DNA of 64,000 nt from positions 34,119 through 98,118 of the forward strand of contig CAWEDJ010000093.1 in NCBI GenBank assembly GCA_963807635.1, in the 5' to 3' direction. The DNA is from an uncultured cyanobacterium. GTDB lineage: Bacteria > Cyanobacteriota > Cyanobacteriia > Cyanobacteriales > Microcystaceae. The notes below the pieces were generated by a model. That model did no database searches and was not told where the DNA came from. It was given only the letters and a program-made list of their open reading frames with translations. Position 1 is the first letter of the stretch. Each line of letters starts with the position of its first letter. The position numbers and the translations under genes are program-made. This document shows positions 1-11,843 of this stretch, piece after piece.

Positions 1-394
1 CGCCTCTTGTTTTAGCCCAACTTTCTGCTTGTTGTAACAGAATTTTAGCAATGCCCCGACGACGATATTCAGGAACAACATACAGTAAAAAAATATGAGC
101 GTAACGACTACCATTAATCTGATCAATGGCATTTCCCATCCACAATCCTGCGATCGGTAAAATTAGATTAGGAGTGGGCGATAAATTATGCTCAGATTCT
201 ATCCACCAGAGGGGCGTTTCTGACGAAAAATATTGTTCAACGGTAATGCTCAAATGATTAAAATCTTTCTGATTAAGAAAAAGTTCTTGATACATTAAAT
301 TCATGAATTGAATCAATTGGGCTTTATCTTTGCTCGATCCTTTAATAACGCGATCGCGTAGCGACACTTGGTGATCGCTGATTTTAAATTCCAT
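1..394 (-). CDS. GNAT family N-acetyltransferase (3' end runs off the window)
   Basis: Manual translation from ATG at 394: MEFKISDH...ETPLWWIE...IAGLWMGNAIDQINGSRYAHIFLLYVVPEYRRRGIAKILLQQAESWAKTRG, with the acetyl-CoA motif A (V.PEYRRRGIA). Not in the ORF track because it has no stop in the window. Confidence 0.85.
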   Translation of the reverse strand, partial: MEFKISDHQVSLRDRVIKGSSKDKAQLIQFMNLMYQELFLNQKDFNHLSITVEQYFSSETPLWWIESEHNLSPTPNLILPIAGLWMGNAIDQINGSRYAHIFLLYVVPEYRRRGIAKILLQQAESWAKTRG

Positions 395-631
395 GTTTAT
401 CTTGTAAAAAATGGTTGCTCTTCAACTATTTTAGGGAATTCTGGCGTTAGGGCATATTTTTCCAAACGGAGACATTATGAAAAATCCCGCAATGGGTCTG
501 ATCGGAAAAATGTCATTGAATTAAAACTTTGCCAACCTTCGTGTAAATAAATTTATCCCAATTTTTAAAGCAAGCTTTATAATACCATTAAGATTTATCC
601 ATAGATTTTTGCTATCTTAGGATCAAATCAA

Positions 632-1021
632 TTGTCGTTTTTATTATTCCTAAAAAAGCTAATGTTTGGACAATCTCCTAAAAATATTGATGATAAGGAT
701 ACGTCAGATTTAGAGTCTATTTTATTTTCCCAAGAATCACAACAAAGTGAAATTGACATGGCTATTAATGATACAGAATCAACGCTATCCAACTCTTATG
801 CTCAGCCCGAAGTCGTTAATATCGTCGAAAAAATTAGTGGGATTCTTTCACCTTATTTTATTGTCTTAGTGGGTTTATTTCTCTATGAAAATAATTTTTT
901 TATTGGCACGCTATTAATTTTTGTGGGAATTTTTTCGTTATTAAAACTTTCTTGGAAAGACATAACATTAGTTTTGGATAAAGTTCAAAGTTTTTTTAAG
1001 TCCGATTCTAATATTTCTTGA
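632..1021 (+). CDS. Hypothetical membrane protein (two C-terminal TM helices)
   Basis: Acidic N-terminus followed by hydrophobic segments LSPYFIVLVGLFLY and FFIGTLLIFVGIFSLL. Confidence 0.65.
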   Translation: MSFLLFLKKLMFGQSPKNIDDKDTSDLESILFSQESQQSEIDMAINDTESTLSNSYAQPEVVNIVEKISGILSPYFIVLVGLFLYENNFFIGTLLIFVGIFSLLKLSWKDITLVLDKVQSFFKSDSNIS

Positions 1022-1077
1022 ATTGAGTTTTAATTACTTTCCAATAATCGATAGCTTACGAGTAAATTTAGTTTATT

Positions 1078-1587
1078 CTAGGGTTTTTCGAGAGAAGAAA
1101 TATTTTTGATAATTTGCTCATAACCAATCGTATTGTCTTGTTTTTTGTACAATTCGGCCGCTTTTTTAAAGTCTTTGATTGCTTGATTTTTATCTTTTAA
1201 TTTTAACCATAGATTACCTCTTTCTTCATAGGCTTCTGCTAGATTGGTGTCAATTTTAATCGCTTCGTTATAGTCCGCGATCGCTCCTTGCTTGTCTCCT
1301 AACTTAGTCTTAGCAAGACCTCGATTGTAATAAGCATCGGCATAATGGGGATAGGATTGAATTAATCGAGAAAAAATCTGAATCGCACCTGAATAGTTGC
1401 CTTTCATTCCTTGATCCATTCCTTCAATTAACTGTTCTTCTATTTCCTCCGATGGTTGAAACGGGATTGTTTTTTGAGACAAAAAAAATTGAGGAAAGAA
1501 AAATTCTTGATGATACAATAAATTATTATGCGGTGATGCACTCAAGAATAATCCCATCAAGGAGCCAAAGATTTTATTGTCTATCAT
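1078..1587 (-). CDS. Tetratricopeptide repeat protein
   Basis: TPR motifs: YADAYYNRGLAKTKLGDKQGAIADYNEAIKID, AEAYEERG. Confidence 0.85.
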   Translation of the reverse strand: MIDNKIFGSLMGLFLSASPHNNLLYHQEFFFPQFFLSQKTIPFQPSEEIEEQLIEGMDQGMKGNYSGAIQIFSRLIQSYPHYADAYYNRGLAKTKLGDKQGAIADYNEAIKIDTNLAEAYEERGNLWLKLKDKNQAIKDFKKAAELYKKQDNTIGYEQIIKNISSLEKP

Positions 1588-1738
1588 TGTTCTTTTGGAA
1601 ATGCGAGAGTATTAAAAATTATTAGAAAAATTAGAAGAACTATAAACGATTGAAGCCTATGATAATGCTATTTTATCAGATGAGGAAGAAATTTCCTTTG
1701 AAGTAGTAATTTCTGAAATCGAAAATCATCGTCAATGA
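1586..1738 (+). pseudogene. Degraded antitoxin-like relic (RelB/prevent-host-death-like C-terminal part)
   Basis: Reads IVLLEMREY*KLLEKLEEL*TIEAYDNAILSDEEEISFEVVISEIENHRQ* with two in-frame TAA stops. It resembles the small cyanobacterial antitoxins of the 'Y..LLEELEEL..IRAYD.A....E.IPFE' type and ends in ATGA, as in coupled TA pairs. Confidence 0.55.
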
Positions 1739-1862
1739 ATGATTAGAAAAACGCGATCGCCTTTTCAACAAAGAATCACTTCAAAAGCGATCGCCCCAAA
1801 TCTTTCAAACATCAACCCAATCAATGATAATAAAAAGATAGTCGCTTAACTGAGGAAACCGT

Positions 1863-3007
1863 GTGCTGCTAACCAAAGGCGTAGAAGTTGAAATTTATAC
1901 AGGCACTCCCGATGGAGAAATCATCGGCTTATCAGACCGCATCGTGCGAGATCTAGACGGATTTGTGCGAGAACCCGATAGCCGCAACGTAGAATATACT
2001 ACCGCCCCCTACAGCAATTATGAACGTCTGCTCTGTGCCTTACTCCGTCCTAGACGAGAATTACGCGCTTATTTGAAACGTCTGGGTGATTATACCCTGA
2101 TTCCTGGGAGTTGTTTACCCCTGAGCGGCGGCGATCGCTTCTGATCGATCCGATCCTCAAAATCCCTACCACGACTATATTGAACAAACCTACGGAACCA
2201 AAGTTGTCACCGCCAGTGTACACCTCAATATTGGCATCAGTGACCCTGATTTACTGTTACAAGCCTGTCGTCTGATTCGGGTAGAAGCCCCTTTGTATTT
2301 AGCCCTCAGTGCCTCCTCTCCCTTTTTTAACGGTCAAATTACAGGTTCCCACTCCAGCCGTTGGCAAGTTTTCCCCAAAACCCCTGCCCAAGTTCCCCTA
2401 TTTAGCAGTCATGCCGACTTTATTCAATGGACAAAAACCCAATTAGACTTGGGAACCATGCAGAACGTCCGTCATCTTTGGTCATCGGTGCGACCCAATG
2501 GCGATAATCGTCCCTACAATCTCAATCGCTTGGAATTACGCATCTGTGACTTAGTAACCAATCCCCTTTCTCTTTCGGCGATTATTGCCTTTTTAGAAGC
2601 CAGAATCTCCCAAATGTTGGCTAATCCCCGCATTGATCCCCTAGCGCAAAGTTGTTTTTCCCCCGAAGAACTGATGGAACTTTGTGATGCGAATGAAACT
2701 GCCGCCGCCGAACTCAGTCTAGATGCCACGCTTCAACATTGGCAGGATGGCCGAAAGCGGTTGGCGAGAGATTGGATCGAAGAACTCTATGAAAGTGTTT
2801 ATCCCTTGGCAAAAAAGCAAGGATTTAGCTGTTTTCTGTCTCCTCTCAAACAAATTCTCCGTCAGGGGAAATCTGGCCCAGCAGTGGCTCCGACAAACCG
2901 AACAGGGTTTATCTTTGCCAACGGTGATTCAACAGGCGATTCAAACCCTGGATCAGGAAGAAATGGCCCTAGAGGATAGTTTGTGCGAATCGGTATCCGT
3001 TGCCTAG
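1863..3007 (+). CDS. gshA: Glutamate--cysteine ligase, cyanobacterial type; split by two apparent indels (~2142, ~2866)
   Basis: MLLTKGVEVEIYTG, REPDSRNVEYTT, VVTASVHLNIG (2203-2235), HLWSSVRPNG..NRLELRICD. The three ORF pieces join into one protein. Confidence 0.9.
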
Positions 3008-3234
3008 ACTTTCACCTGGGGCTACGAGATCAACGGGAAAAAATCCTATTACAGAATTGATCGAAAACATCACTTAAAATTTATAAAAATTAATGAATTC
3101 CCAAGAGCGATCAATTAATAAGTTTTTCTGATTAATCGAGTCACCAATCAAGAAAATATCGTAACTTAACTCACAACTGTTTAAATTAGCCAGTAATTAT
3201 ACTCATGGCGAGTATTTATACTTATTCACTATCT

Positions 3235-3720
3235 ATGCTCAAAGTCGTTCTAGTTCATCCCCAAATTCCCCCGAATACTGGAAATATTGCCCGTACCTGT
3301 GCCGTGACGGAGACAGAGCTTCATTTAGTCGGCCCTTTGGGCTTTGAACTCAGCGATCGCTATTTAAAAAGGGCGGGTTTAGATTATTCGCCCTATGTCA
3401 ATCTCCACTATCACCCTACCCTGCAAGACTTTCAAGAACATTATCAAGCCAGGGATGGAAGACTGATTGGATTTAGCGTGAGCGGCCAAAAAAGTTATAC
3501 CGATTATCATTTTCAACCAGAAGATTGGCTCGTCTTTGGCAGTGAATCCGATGGTCTGCCAAGAGATTTTCGGAAACAATGTACGGATTTAGTCTATATT
3601 CCCATGCCCCAATCCCATATTCGGAGCCTGAATCTTTCGGTCAGTGTGGGGGTTGGCTTGTTTGAAGTCTATCGGCAATTGGGCAGTTTTGAGACCAAAA
3701 TAAATTGCAATCGACCCTGA
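3235..3720 (+). CDS. trmL: tRNA (cytidine(34)-2'-O)-methyltransferase, SPOUT family
   Basis: VVLVHPQIPPNTGNIARTC, LKRAGLDY, FGSESDGLP, RSLNLSVSVG. Confidence 0.92.
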   Translation: MLKVVLVHPQIPPNTGNIARTCAVTETELHLVGPLGFELSDRYLKRAGLDYSPYVNLHYHPTLQDFQEHYQARDGRLIGFSVSGQKSYTDYHFQPEDWLVFGSESDGLPRDFRKQCTDLVYIPMPQSHIRSLNLSVSVGVGLFEVYRQLGSFETKINCNRP

Positions 3721-4246
3721 TTTTTTTTGCTTTTGACTTTGGATGTTTGCGAAATTAAAATAGCCAATGTAACGATTGAACCGTCCTAGCTCAGGAAAAG
3801 TCTGTGAAATTACTGATTTTTAGGATTGGATTTTATCGTACCGATAAGAAATTTATATAGGGCGATCGGAGACCCGTTGCCAAAGTTAGATAAATTTGCC
3901 TCATCGTTGATCCCGCTATGGTTTTCCTAAAATTGCCTATGCTAGTCCTGCAAAGGAAACCTTAGAACTCAAGGAATAGAGGGTTTGGAACGGAAACATT
4001 GTTGAAGCACTTTCGTCAACTTCCCCAGCTTAGACCAGGCAACTCTCAGAGAGTCCGCTTGTTCCTCGACTCGATTGACTATACTTGTCGAAATTCACAA
4101 AGCAGGTTAACCTTGCTAAGAACGTGAAATCAGGTATTGAATTCTGATTGGTGATAGCCTAAAACACTTACCCTTAACAATTACTCGGCTGTCTTCAGCA
4201 GCTACATAAGCGTTTAAACGCTTGTTCACACACTAGGAGGTTCTTC

Positions 4247-6578
4247 TTGAAAGACATATTCATCCAGAAAGTCACACAAATCCCCTCATGCTTAACCGAC
4301 TCGGCGGACGCATCCTTGAGGCTGTTGGTTAAGGTCTCTGGCGACTCATTGACTCAAAGCGAGGGATATCGTCGGGTTCGTCGTTCAGCCGCAATGATCG
4401 GTTTAGCCATTTCCATGAGCGCGACAGGCATGGTGCTATCCCACAAAGCAACGGCAACGACGGGAACCGCAAGTCTCCAGGGATCGACCCTGGCGGATCT
4501 TTTTAATAGTGTCGAAGCAGAAATTCATTCTGATTCAGTAGCCGAATTCAGTCAGCCTCATCCGATTCAATCAACAACGACTGCTCTTAAGCCTCCTGCC
4601 CTGAAGTATGAAGTCCAGGAAGGTGAATCTATTTTGGAAATCAGTAAGGAATTTCAAGTCCAGCCGAGCGCGATCGCGTCATCCAATAAAATTTCTACCG
4701 ACAGTGATTTGGTGCCAGGACAAACCATTAAAATTCCTGTCTCCACTGCTGAAAATACTGGGTCAAAGGCTCAACCTCTACAAACAGCTTTGGCTCCTTC
4801 CGTTATCCAGAATCCTAGAAATCTGAATTCGGGTCTCCGCCCTGATGCTCTGCAAAGCACAAACAATATTCAGTCTGATCGTAATATTCCAACGGTTACA
4901 CCCATTGCCCTATCCAGTCCCGCCCCAGAGAACCAAGAGATCGCGGACGTGGCTGATGTAAGTCAACCCATAGAAGTTATTCCCGCCGATCAGTCGGGTA
5001 TTCGTCAAAATGCCACTAGCGGACAAGTCAACGTTGCGATCGGTAATTTTGAGCGACCCATTCCCATCGCTGTCCCGACCCCCGAAAGCGTCGGACTAAG
5101 ACCTGTTTCTGAATTTTCATTGCCCCAGATGAAAACTCCCGTTCCCCTGTCTGCTCCCTCGACAGTGGTTCCTCTACCCAGAAAGCTGGAAAATTATTCA
5201 TCAAACCAGTCCAGTCAAACGATTCCTCAAGGCTCTGCTTCCCAGCTTGCAGTTTCTAAACTAGAATCCGTCGGGAACGGTTCTACTCTCCCTCAAAATT
5301 CTGTTGGCTTGAATCCCCCTATTCCCATTCCTGTTCCAACTCCCGAAACTGCCTCTTTGTCCCCCAATGCTCAGTGGATTGAAGAAGCCCCCAGTTCCCC
5401 AACTAAACCCAATTCCGCCCTCCCAGAGTCCCTCCCAACGGAATCTACAGACGCGAACAATTTTTCCGATAATTCGTCAGAAACCTATGCTATTCAGCCT
5501 GGGGATACCATCAACAGCATTGCCCAACGCTATGGTCTTGATCGTGAAGCCGTGATTAAGGCGAATCATCTGAGCGATCCTAACCTGATTAAGGTAAACC
5601 AGAAACTGGTCATTCCCTCTGCTCCCCAAATTCAGGCAACGGATTATCCAGTGGCTTCTGCGTCACCCCTAAGAAATAATAATTGGCAGGCTCTTCCTAC
5701 TCCTATCGCTTTAGCGGCCCCTAAAATTTCAGTCAAAACCATTGAACCCGCAACAACGATTCCTATTACAGTGGATGCACCGACAGCAACTTATACCAAT
5801 CAGTTGAAAAGCGAGGTGGCAACTCTTCAGCAGTCCTACAAAAGTCAGTCCCGTCCCCTTACGATCCCTGTTCAAACCGTTGCTCAGCTTGCTAATCGTC
5901 AAGATGTTCTAGAAGACGAAGAAGTTAATCCCGAATGGAGTACTAAATCAAACGTTAAAAGGATTCCAACACGCTCCTTACCGAGCCAATATACGTCTCC
6001 TCAAACCTCTCTGCAAAGATTGCAAAGGCAATACGCCCCTTCAGGTGATCATCCTTCTCAGCTCATTGGTTCTGCTCCTATTGATGTGGAAGAGTATAAT
6101 AATAATTTCAATACTCCCGTGGGCAAAGAAGTCAGTCCAGATTTACCTGCGCTTTCGACCCCAGATTTTCCAAATGGAGAGAACAATCTCAGCAATAATT
6201 ATATTTGGCCCGCTAAGGGGGTTTTGAGTTCTGGCTATGGCCGCCGTTGGGGAAGGATGCACAAGGGAATTGATATTGCCGCTCCCATTGGTACGCCAAT
6301 TGTTGCTTCTGCCTCTGGTGAAGTGATTGCGGCGGGTTGGAATTCGGGTGGTTATGGAAATTTGGTAAAAATTCGCCATCCTGACGGTAGTGTGACGTTC
6401 TACGCCCATAACAGTCGTGTGTTGGTTCGTACGGGAGAAGAAGTTGCCCAGGGTCAACAAATTTCTGAAATGGGAAGCACTGGCCGAAGCACTGCGCCCC
6501 CATCTCCATTTTGAGGTTCGTCCTAACGGGCAAAATGCGGTGAATCCTATTGCTTTTTTACCGAATAATCGCTATTAA
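4247..6578 (+). CDS. LysM-domain M23 family peptidoglycan endopeptidase (NlpD-like); +1 indel near 6494
   Basis: Two LysM motifs (YEVQEGESI, YAIQPGDTINSIA) and M23 HKGIDIAA/YAHNS. The shifted frame supplies HLHFEVRPNGQNAVNPIAFLP to TAA at 6578. AGGAGG RBS precedes the TTG start. Confidence 0.9.
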
Positions 6579-6625
6579 TTTTCGATTGGTCGTTAACTAA
6601 ATCTTTAAGATTTTGGCCATGATAG

Positions 6626-6662
6626 TCACCATTTGCCCAAAGGTCTATGGTGATTTTTTTTG
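6626..6662 (+). terminator. Rho-independent terminator
   Basis: TCACCAT...ATGGTGA hairpin followed by a T-run after the M23 gene. Confidence 0.55.
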
Positions 6663-6871
6663 CGATCGCGTTTTTTTACATCAAAAAGGATAATGGAGAA
6701 GTTAAGCTGACTTTGATTGTTGATTGTTTTAAATTAACCCTGCCCTAAAATACTTCTCTACAATTGAAGGATCAGTTCATGATGAGCATTTCGTACTGAA
6801 AACAATTTGCTACTGTGATACTCTGAGGACTCTCTGTCTAATAAACTCGCTTTAAAATCAATTTATCCAGC

Positions 6872-8548
6872 ATGATTTCCCCTTCTGCTCCTATTACTTC
6901 CGCCACGTCATCCATCAAAACCATTCGCCCCGTTGCTGCCACTTCAATTCACGGCATTGCTTTTTATGGCGATCGCCTGTTGGCCGTTGATAACAAAAAT
7001 GGTTACTTGTTTTCGATTGACCCCATCAGCCAAAATACCCAAATCCTCAATGCCCAACATACCCAGGAATTCATCGGCTCAACAGGGTTAGCGGTCGTCG
7101 ATGGCTTGCTTTGGTTTACCGCAGATAATGGCATATACCATTGCAATCTGGAGCAGGAAGATTTTGAACCCGAATTATTCGCTCGTTTAGACTACTCCAT
7201 CAGTGGTGTCGCCGTTTGGGAATCCACCGTTTATGTGGCTTGTCAAAAAACAGGTGATATTTTGGTCTTTAATCGAGATACCAAACAAGTCATTATTCGT
7301 TTCTATGCCCCAGGCATCGGCGTTGAGAATATTACGGTCAAAGGCGAAGAATTATGGCTGACGGATACCCTAGAACAATCGGTTTATTGTCTAGACCGAG
7401 CAACAGGACAAGTGATTTTTAGTGTCCTCACGCCCTTTGAATGTCCAACGGGTTTATCCTTTTATACCGATCCCCAGACCAGCAAAGAAACGCTTTATGT
7501 TTCCTACGTTCTTCAGGAACCCTATATTCGCGATAATCCTAACGCTGACCCGAATCATGAACTGCACTATCGTCCCCGCACTTTTATCCATCCGCTCTAT
7601 TTCTATTATGATCCCGACAAAAAGTTTGCTCTCTCCAATGGCTATCTGGTGGAAATGACCTATGTGGAAGAATTAGAACCCCTAGATCCCATTACTCTCA
7701 AAAATGTAGAATGGCGCATTGCTCTCCCTGCTGAAACCAATCGTCAAAAAATTCGCAGTGTGGAAGCGATCGGGATGCCTTTTACGGAAATTGATGAAAA
7801 TGGTCACAAAATTGCTGTTTTTAAATTTGATGAGTTAACCATTGATACCCGTGCAATTTTCGGTTGGAAAGTGGTGATGGAAGTTTGGAGCATCAAATAC
7901 CGTATTCTTCCCAAGGACTGTGAAAAGATTGAACCTCTACCCAGGGGATTTGCCGAACGTTATCTGGTAGATAATGATAATTTGGCGATGGATTCCGACA
8001 TTATTATCCGTGCCGCCGCCGAAGCGATCGGAAGAGAGACGAATTTAATGCGAAAAATGTATAGTATTCGCAATTATGTCTACGATCGCCTATCCTATGG
8101 TATCAAACCCCATATTGATACCCCTGATTTGGCTCTACGACGGGGCGTAGGTTCCTGTGGTGAATACGTGGGGGTATTATTAGCTCTTGCCCGTTTGAAT
8201 GGTATTGCCTGTCGCACAGTGGGCCGTTATAAATGTCCTACCCATCCTCTCACTCGCAATATCCCGATGGAGCCAGATTTTAACCATGTCTGGATGGAAT
8301 TTTATTTGCCTGGGTTCGGTTGGTTGCCGATGGAATCCAATCCCGATGATCTCAACGATGGCGGCCCCTATCCGACTCGCTTTTTCACGGGTTTAGCTTG
8401 GTATCATGCAGAAATGGCCAAGGATGTTCCCTTTGCGATTCTCATTAGTGAAGGTATTCCTGTCAATAAACAAAAGGTTTCTATTGGAACGTTGGCGATT
8501 AATCATGTCCAGTTCACTATTTTGGATGAGTTATCGCCAGAGCCTTAA
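6872..8548 (+). CDS. Transglutaminase-like domain protein with N-terminal beta-propeller-like repeats
   Basis: GSCGEY (Cys), NHVWMEFYLPGFGWLPME (His/acid). The N-terminus has repeated G(L/I)A(F/V)..G.LW blades. Confidence 0.85.
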   Translation: MISPSAPITSATSSIKTIRPVAATSIHGIAFYGDRLLAVDNKNGYLFSIDPISQNTQILNAQHTQEFIGSTGLAVVDGLLWFTADNGIYHCNLEQEDFEPELFARLDYSISGVAVWESTVYVACQKTGDILVFNRDTKQVIIRFYAPGIGVENITVKGEELWLTDTLEQSVYCLDRATGQVIFSVLTPFECPTGLSFYTDPQTSKETLYVSYVLQEPYIRDNPNADPNHELHYRPRTFIHPLYFYYDPDKKFALSNGYLVEMTYVEELEPLDPITLKNVEWRIALPAETNRQKIRSVEAIGMPFTEIDENGHKIAVFKFDELTIDTRAIFGWKVVMEVWSIKYRILPKDCEKIEPLPRGFAERYLVDNDNLAMDSDIIIRAAAEAIGRETNLMRKMYSIRNYVYDRLSYGIKPHIDTPDLALRRGVGSCGEYVGVLLALARLNGIACRTVGRYKCPTHPLTRNIPMEPDFNHVWMEFYLPGFGWLPMESNPDDLNDGGPYPTRFFTGLAWYHAEMAKDVPFAILISEGIPVNKQKVSIGTLAINHVQFTILDELSPEP

Positions 8549-8759
8549 GGGTTATTGTTTAAGTTAGAGGGAAATCACAAAGCCTCACTTTATCAGGTCA
8601 ATAGCATTAAGAGTCGCTATGATTAAAATTGCGATCGCGAACTATCCTGAATTAGGAAAAATTCGCACAGAATACTTTTATCCCGCAAGCTCATCAATAT
8701 TGCCTATTAAACTAATCAAAACTCTTATAGATATAAGAAAATTTAGGATTAATGACTTT

Positions 8760-9453
8760 TTAAATACGACATAAAATACTTTCACCGTGGGAATCCGTCC
8801 CGCAGGTATTCCATAAACCATAGAGTTCCCCTAACTTTAGGACTTCTTCCATTTGAGGCTCGCTACTTTCCCAAGGTTTAGGGTTCCCGTAGGCGTAATA
8901 GGCTTCCAAGCCATCGACTCCCAATTGGGCCGCCGCAGGAATGACTCGACAAGCGGGCTGACGATAACGGGCGGGATGGGCTAAAACCACCAATCCTCCT
9001 GCTTGATGAAGAGCATTAATCACCTTTTCGGCAGATTCATCTCCATTACGAGGGCGATCGCCTTGAAGATAGGGGGTTAGGGCGGAATGTTTAGGATTAA
9101 AACCGTAGCCGAGAATATGAACTTCAGTTCCCAATAAATTAGAAGTAATTTCCATCCCTGTCCACAGCTTCGGTAAAGGGCTATCAGGTTGCTCATTTTG
9201 GAGAGCCTCTAACCGAGATTGGGCGCGGTAATAGCCTTTCACAGAATGGTGATCGGTGATTGCAAGTCCTTTTAATCCAATGTTAACCGCTTGTTCAATC
9301 AAGGCATCTGGGGTTAGCCGACCATCAGAAAAAAAGGGTATGTAGATGAAAATTATAGTGATAGGGACAACTCCTGGGTTCTAGGGTTTCCCAAACCTCT
9401 ATTAGAGCTTGAGTTGTATTCACAGTGGTCTGGGTTGAAAACGTAACAACCAT
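8760..9453 (-). CDS. PHP domain metal-dependent phosphoesterase; +1 indel in the A7 run at ~9330
   Basis: NFHLHT.(F)SDG from ATG 9453, AITDHH, EVHILGY, LAHPARY, GTDSHG. Confidence 0.88.
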
Positions 9454-9545
9454 ATTTAGTCCCGTCCGTGCAGAAAAGATGACAGATTGTTCATTACCAC
9501 CATAACAAATCTTTACATAAACTGTGGAGAAATCAGTTACGATAA

Positions 9546-11843
9546 CTACATTTTTGAATTTTTGCTAGAAATTTCCCGTATTGCTCCCAAAATTTGTCCG
9601 ACAGAAATACCTCCATCATTAGATGGAATCTGGTGATGCCAATAGGGAACAAAATTTTCAGCTTTTAGTCTATCAATCGTTTTTTCAACTAAATAAAGAT
9701 TCTGAAAACAGCCTCCCGTTAATACGACTTTTTTTTCTCCTACGAATTTGGCGATCACGATAATTATTTCAACCAGGGTATTATGAAATTTAGCGGAGAT
9801 AAAACTAATGGGTAAGTCATGATTCAGATCCTCTAAAATTGCTGTCAACATCGGTTGCCATTGAATAATTATATTTTGAGTCAAACTAAAATCATAAAAT
9901 TCATTGGTCTTCGTTTTTAAGGCGGCAAATTCTAAGGCGATCGCGGCTTGTCCTTCAAAGCTTACTTGATGACTTATTCCGAGGATTGAACTCACACCAT
10001 CAAATAATCTACCGACACTAGAAGTTAGTGGGCAATTTAATTTTTTTGCTAAAATATTTTTAAATAAAATTAATTCACTTTTAATAAACTGATTTTTGAG
10101 AGTGACAGGTAAATTTTCTAATAAATTAATCTCTAATTGAGCGAGTAAACTTAGGGCAATTCTTTTAGGTTCTTTGACAGATTTTTCTCCCCCTAATAGT
10201 TTAAAAGGTTGAAAATAAGCAATCCTTTGCCAATTGTTTTGAGTAACATGAATAAATTCTCCTCCCCAAAGCGTATGATCGGCTCCATAACCCGTTCCAT
10301 CCCAAGCAATTCCTAACACGGGCGGCTCTAGTTGATTATCTACTAAACAGGATAAAATATGGGCATAGTGATGTTGAATCGGGATTAATTCCAAATTTTG
10401 AGTATGGGCGTATTGACTAGAAAGGTAATCGGGATGGGCATCGTGGGCAATTATTTTGGGTTTAAATTCGTATAAATTATTTAGATTTTCAATAATTTGA
10501 TTAAAAGTTTGATAGGTCAATGTATTCGACAAATCGCCAATATGTTGACTCAAATAAATATTTTGATAATGCGCGATCGCGATCGTATTTTTAAGATGGC
10601 CACCCACTGCCAAAATAGGAGGTAAATCTGAAGTATTAAAATCTAACGGGATAGAAAATGGTGCGTAGCCCCTCGCCCTGCGTAATAGAGTTTCTTGATG
10701 GTTAATAATACGGGCGATCGAATCATCTAAGGGTCGGACAATGGGACGATTATGGCATAAAAAAAGATCGGCAATATTACCAAGTCTTAATAGAGCCTCT
10801 TGTTCATCAATACAAATCGGTTCATCGGATAAATTAGCACTGGTTGCGACAAGGGGAATATTTAATTGGGCTAATAATAAATGATGTAACGGTGTGTAGG
10901 GTAACATTACACCTAAATAGGGATTATTCGGTGCTATTTCAGAGGCTAAATTTTGAGAATGATGATGTTTCTTTTTTAAAATGACAATAGGAGCTTCGGA
11001 GGAAGTTAATAATTTTTCTTCTAGATCATTCACTTCACAATCTTGTTTAACTAAGTCCAAATTGGGATACATCAGGGCAAAGGGTTTGTCGGGGCGGTGT
11101 TTACGCTGTCTCAATTTTTGAACTGCAACAGAATCTATGGCACTGACGATTAACTGAAATCCCCCTAAACCTTTTATCGCTACAATTTTCCCCTGTTGAA
11201 TGGCATTAATGGCATCTAATAACGCTTGATTTTTAATCGATAATATTTCTTCCTGGCGATTTTGAAAAGTTAATTGAGGGCCACAAACAGGACAAGCATT
11301 GGGTTGGGCATGAAATCGGCGATCGCAGGGATTTTCGTATTCCGTTTGGCACTCCGCGCACATGACAAACCCTTTCATACTTGTATTAGGGCGATCGTAG
11401 GGAAGAGAATCAATAATGCTATAGCGGGGCCCACAATTCGTGCAGTTCGTAAAAGGATAATAATAGCGTCGATTATGGGGATCAAAAATCTCTTTTAAGC
11501 AATCAGAACAGGTCGATAAATCAGGTAAAATGGGAGTTGTTTTATTCCCGTCAATACTTTCTCTGATTTCAAAATTTTGATAATGAATCGCTTCTATCGG
11601 CTTAAATTTTAGCGAATAAATTTGCGATCGCGGTGGATTTTCAGATTGTAATTTATTTAAAAATTGTGTTAAATTGTCAGGACTTCCTTCTACTTGAATT
11701 AAGACACCTTCGGCTGAATTATTGACCCAGCCATTTAACCCTAAGTTCCGAGCAAGATGATACACAAAAGGACGAAATCCGACTCCTTGGACTAGACCTG
11801 TGATGTTAATTTCTAAAGCTTGATTTATCAGTTGATCGTTCAT
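9546..11843 (-). CDS. hypF: Hydrogenase maturation carbamoyltransferase HypF
   Basis: Acylphosphatase GLVQGVGFRPFV, zinc fingers CSDC..CTNCGPR and CAEC..CPVCGP, AIKGLGGF, QHHYAH, DGTGYG, NDGGIS. Confidence 0.97.
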   Translation of the reverse strand: MNDQLINQALEINITGLVQGVGFRPFVYHLARNLGLNGWVNNSAEGVLIQVEGSPDNLTQFLNKLQSENPPRSQIYSLKFKPIEAIHYQNFEIRESIDGNKTTPILPDLSTCSDCLKEIFDPHNRRYYYPFTNCTNCGPRYSIIDSLPYDRPNTSMKGFVMCAECQTEYENPCDRRFHAQPNACPVCGPQLTFQNRQEEILSIKNQALLDAINAIQQGKIVAIKGLGGFQLIVSAIDSVAVQKLRQRKHRPDKPFALMYPNLDLVKQDCEVNDLEEKLLTSSEAPIVILKKKHHHSQNLASEIAPNNPYLGVMLPYTPLHHLLLAQLNIPLVATSANLSDEPICIDEQEALLRLGNIADLFLCHNRPIVRPLDDSIARIINHQETLLRRARGYAPFSIPLDFNTSDLPPILAVGGHLKNTIAIAHYQNIYLSQHIGDLSNTLTYQTFNQIIENLNNLYEFKPKIIAHDAHPDYLSSQYAHTQNLELIPIQHHYAHILSCLVDNQLEPPVLGIAWDGTGYGADHTLWGGEFIHVTQNNWQRIAYFQPFKLLGGEKSVKEPKRIALSLLAQLEINLLENLPVTLKNQFIKSELILFKNILAKKLNCPLTSSVGRLFDGVSSILGISHQVSFEGQAAIALEFAALKTKTNEFYDFSLTQNIIIQWQPMLTAILEDLNHDLPISFISAKFHNTLVEIIIVIAKFVGEKKVVLTGGCFQNLYLVEKTIDRLKAENFVPYWHHQIPSNDGGISVGQILGAIREISSKNSKM

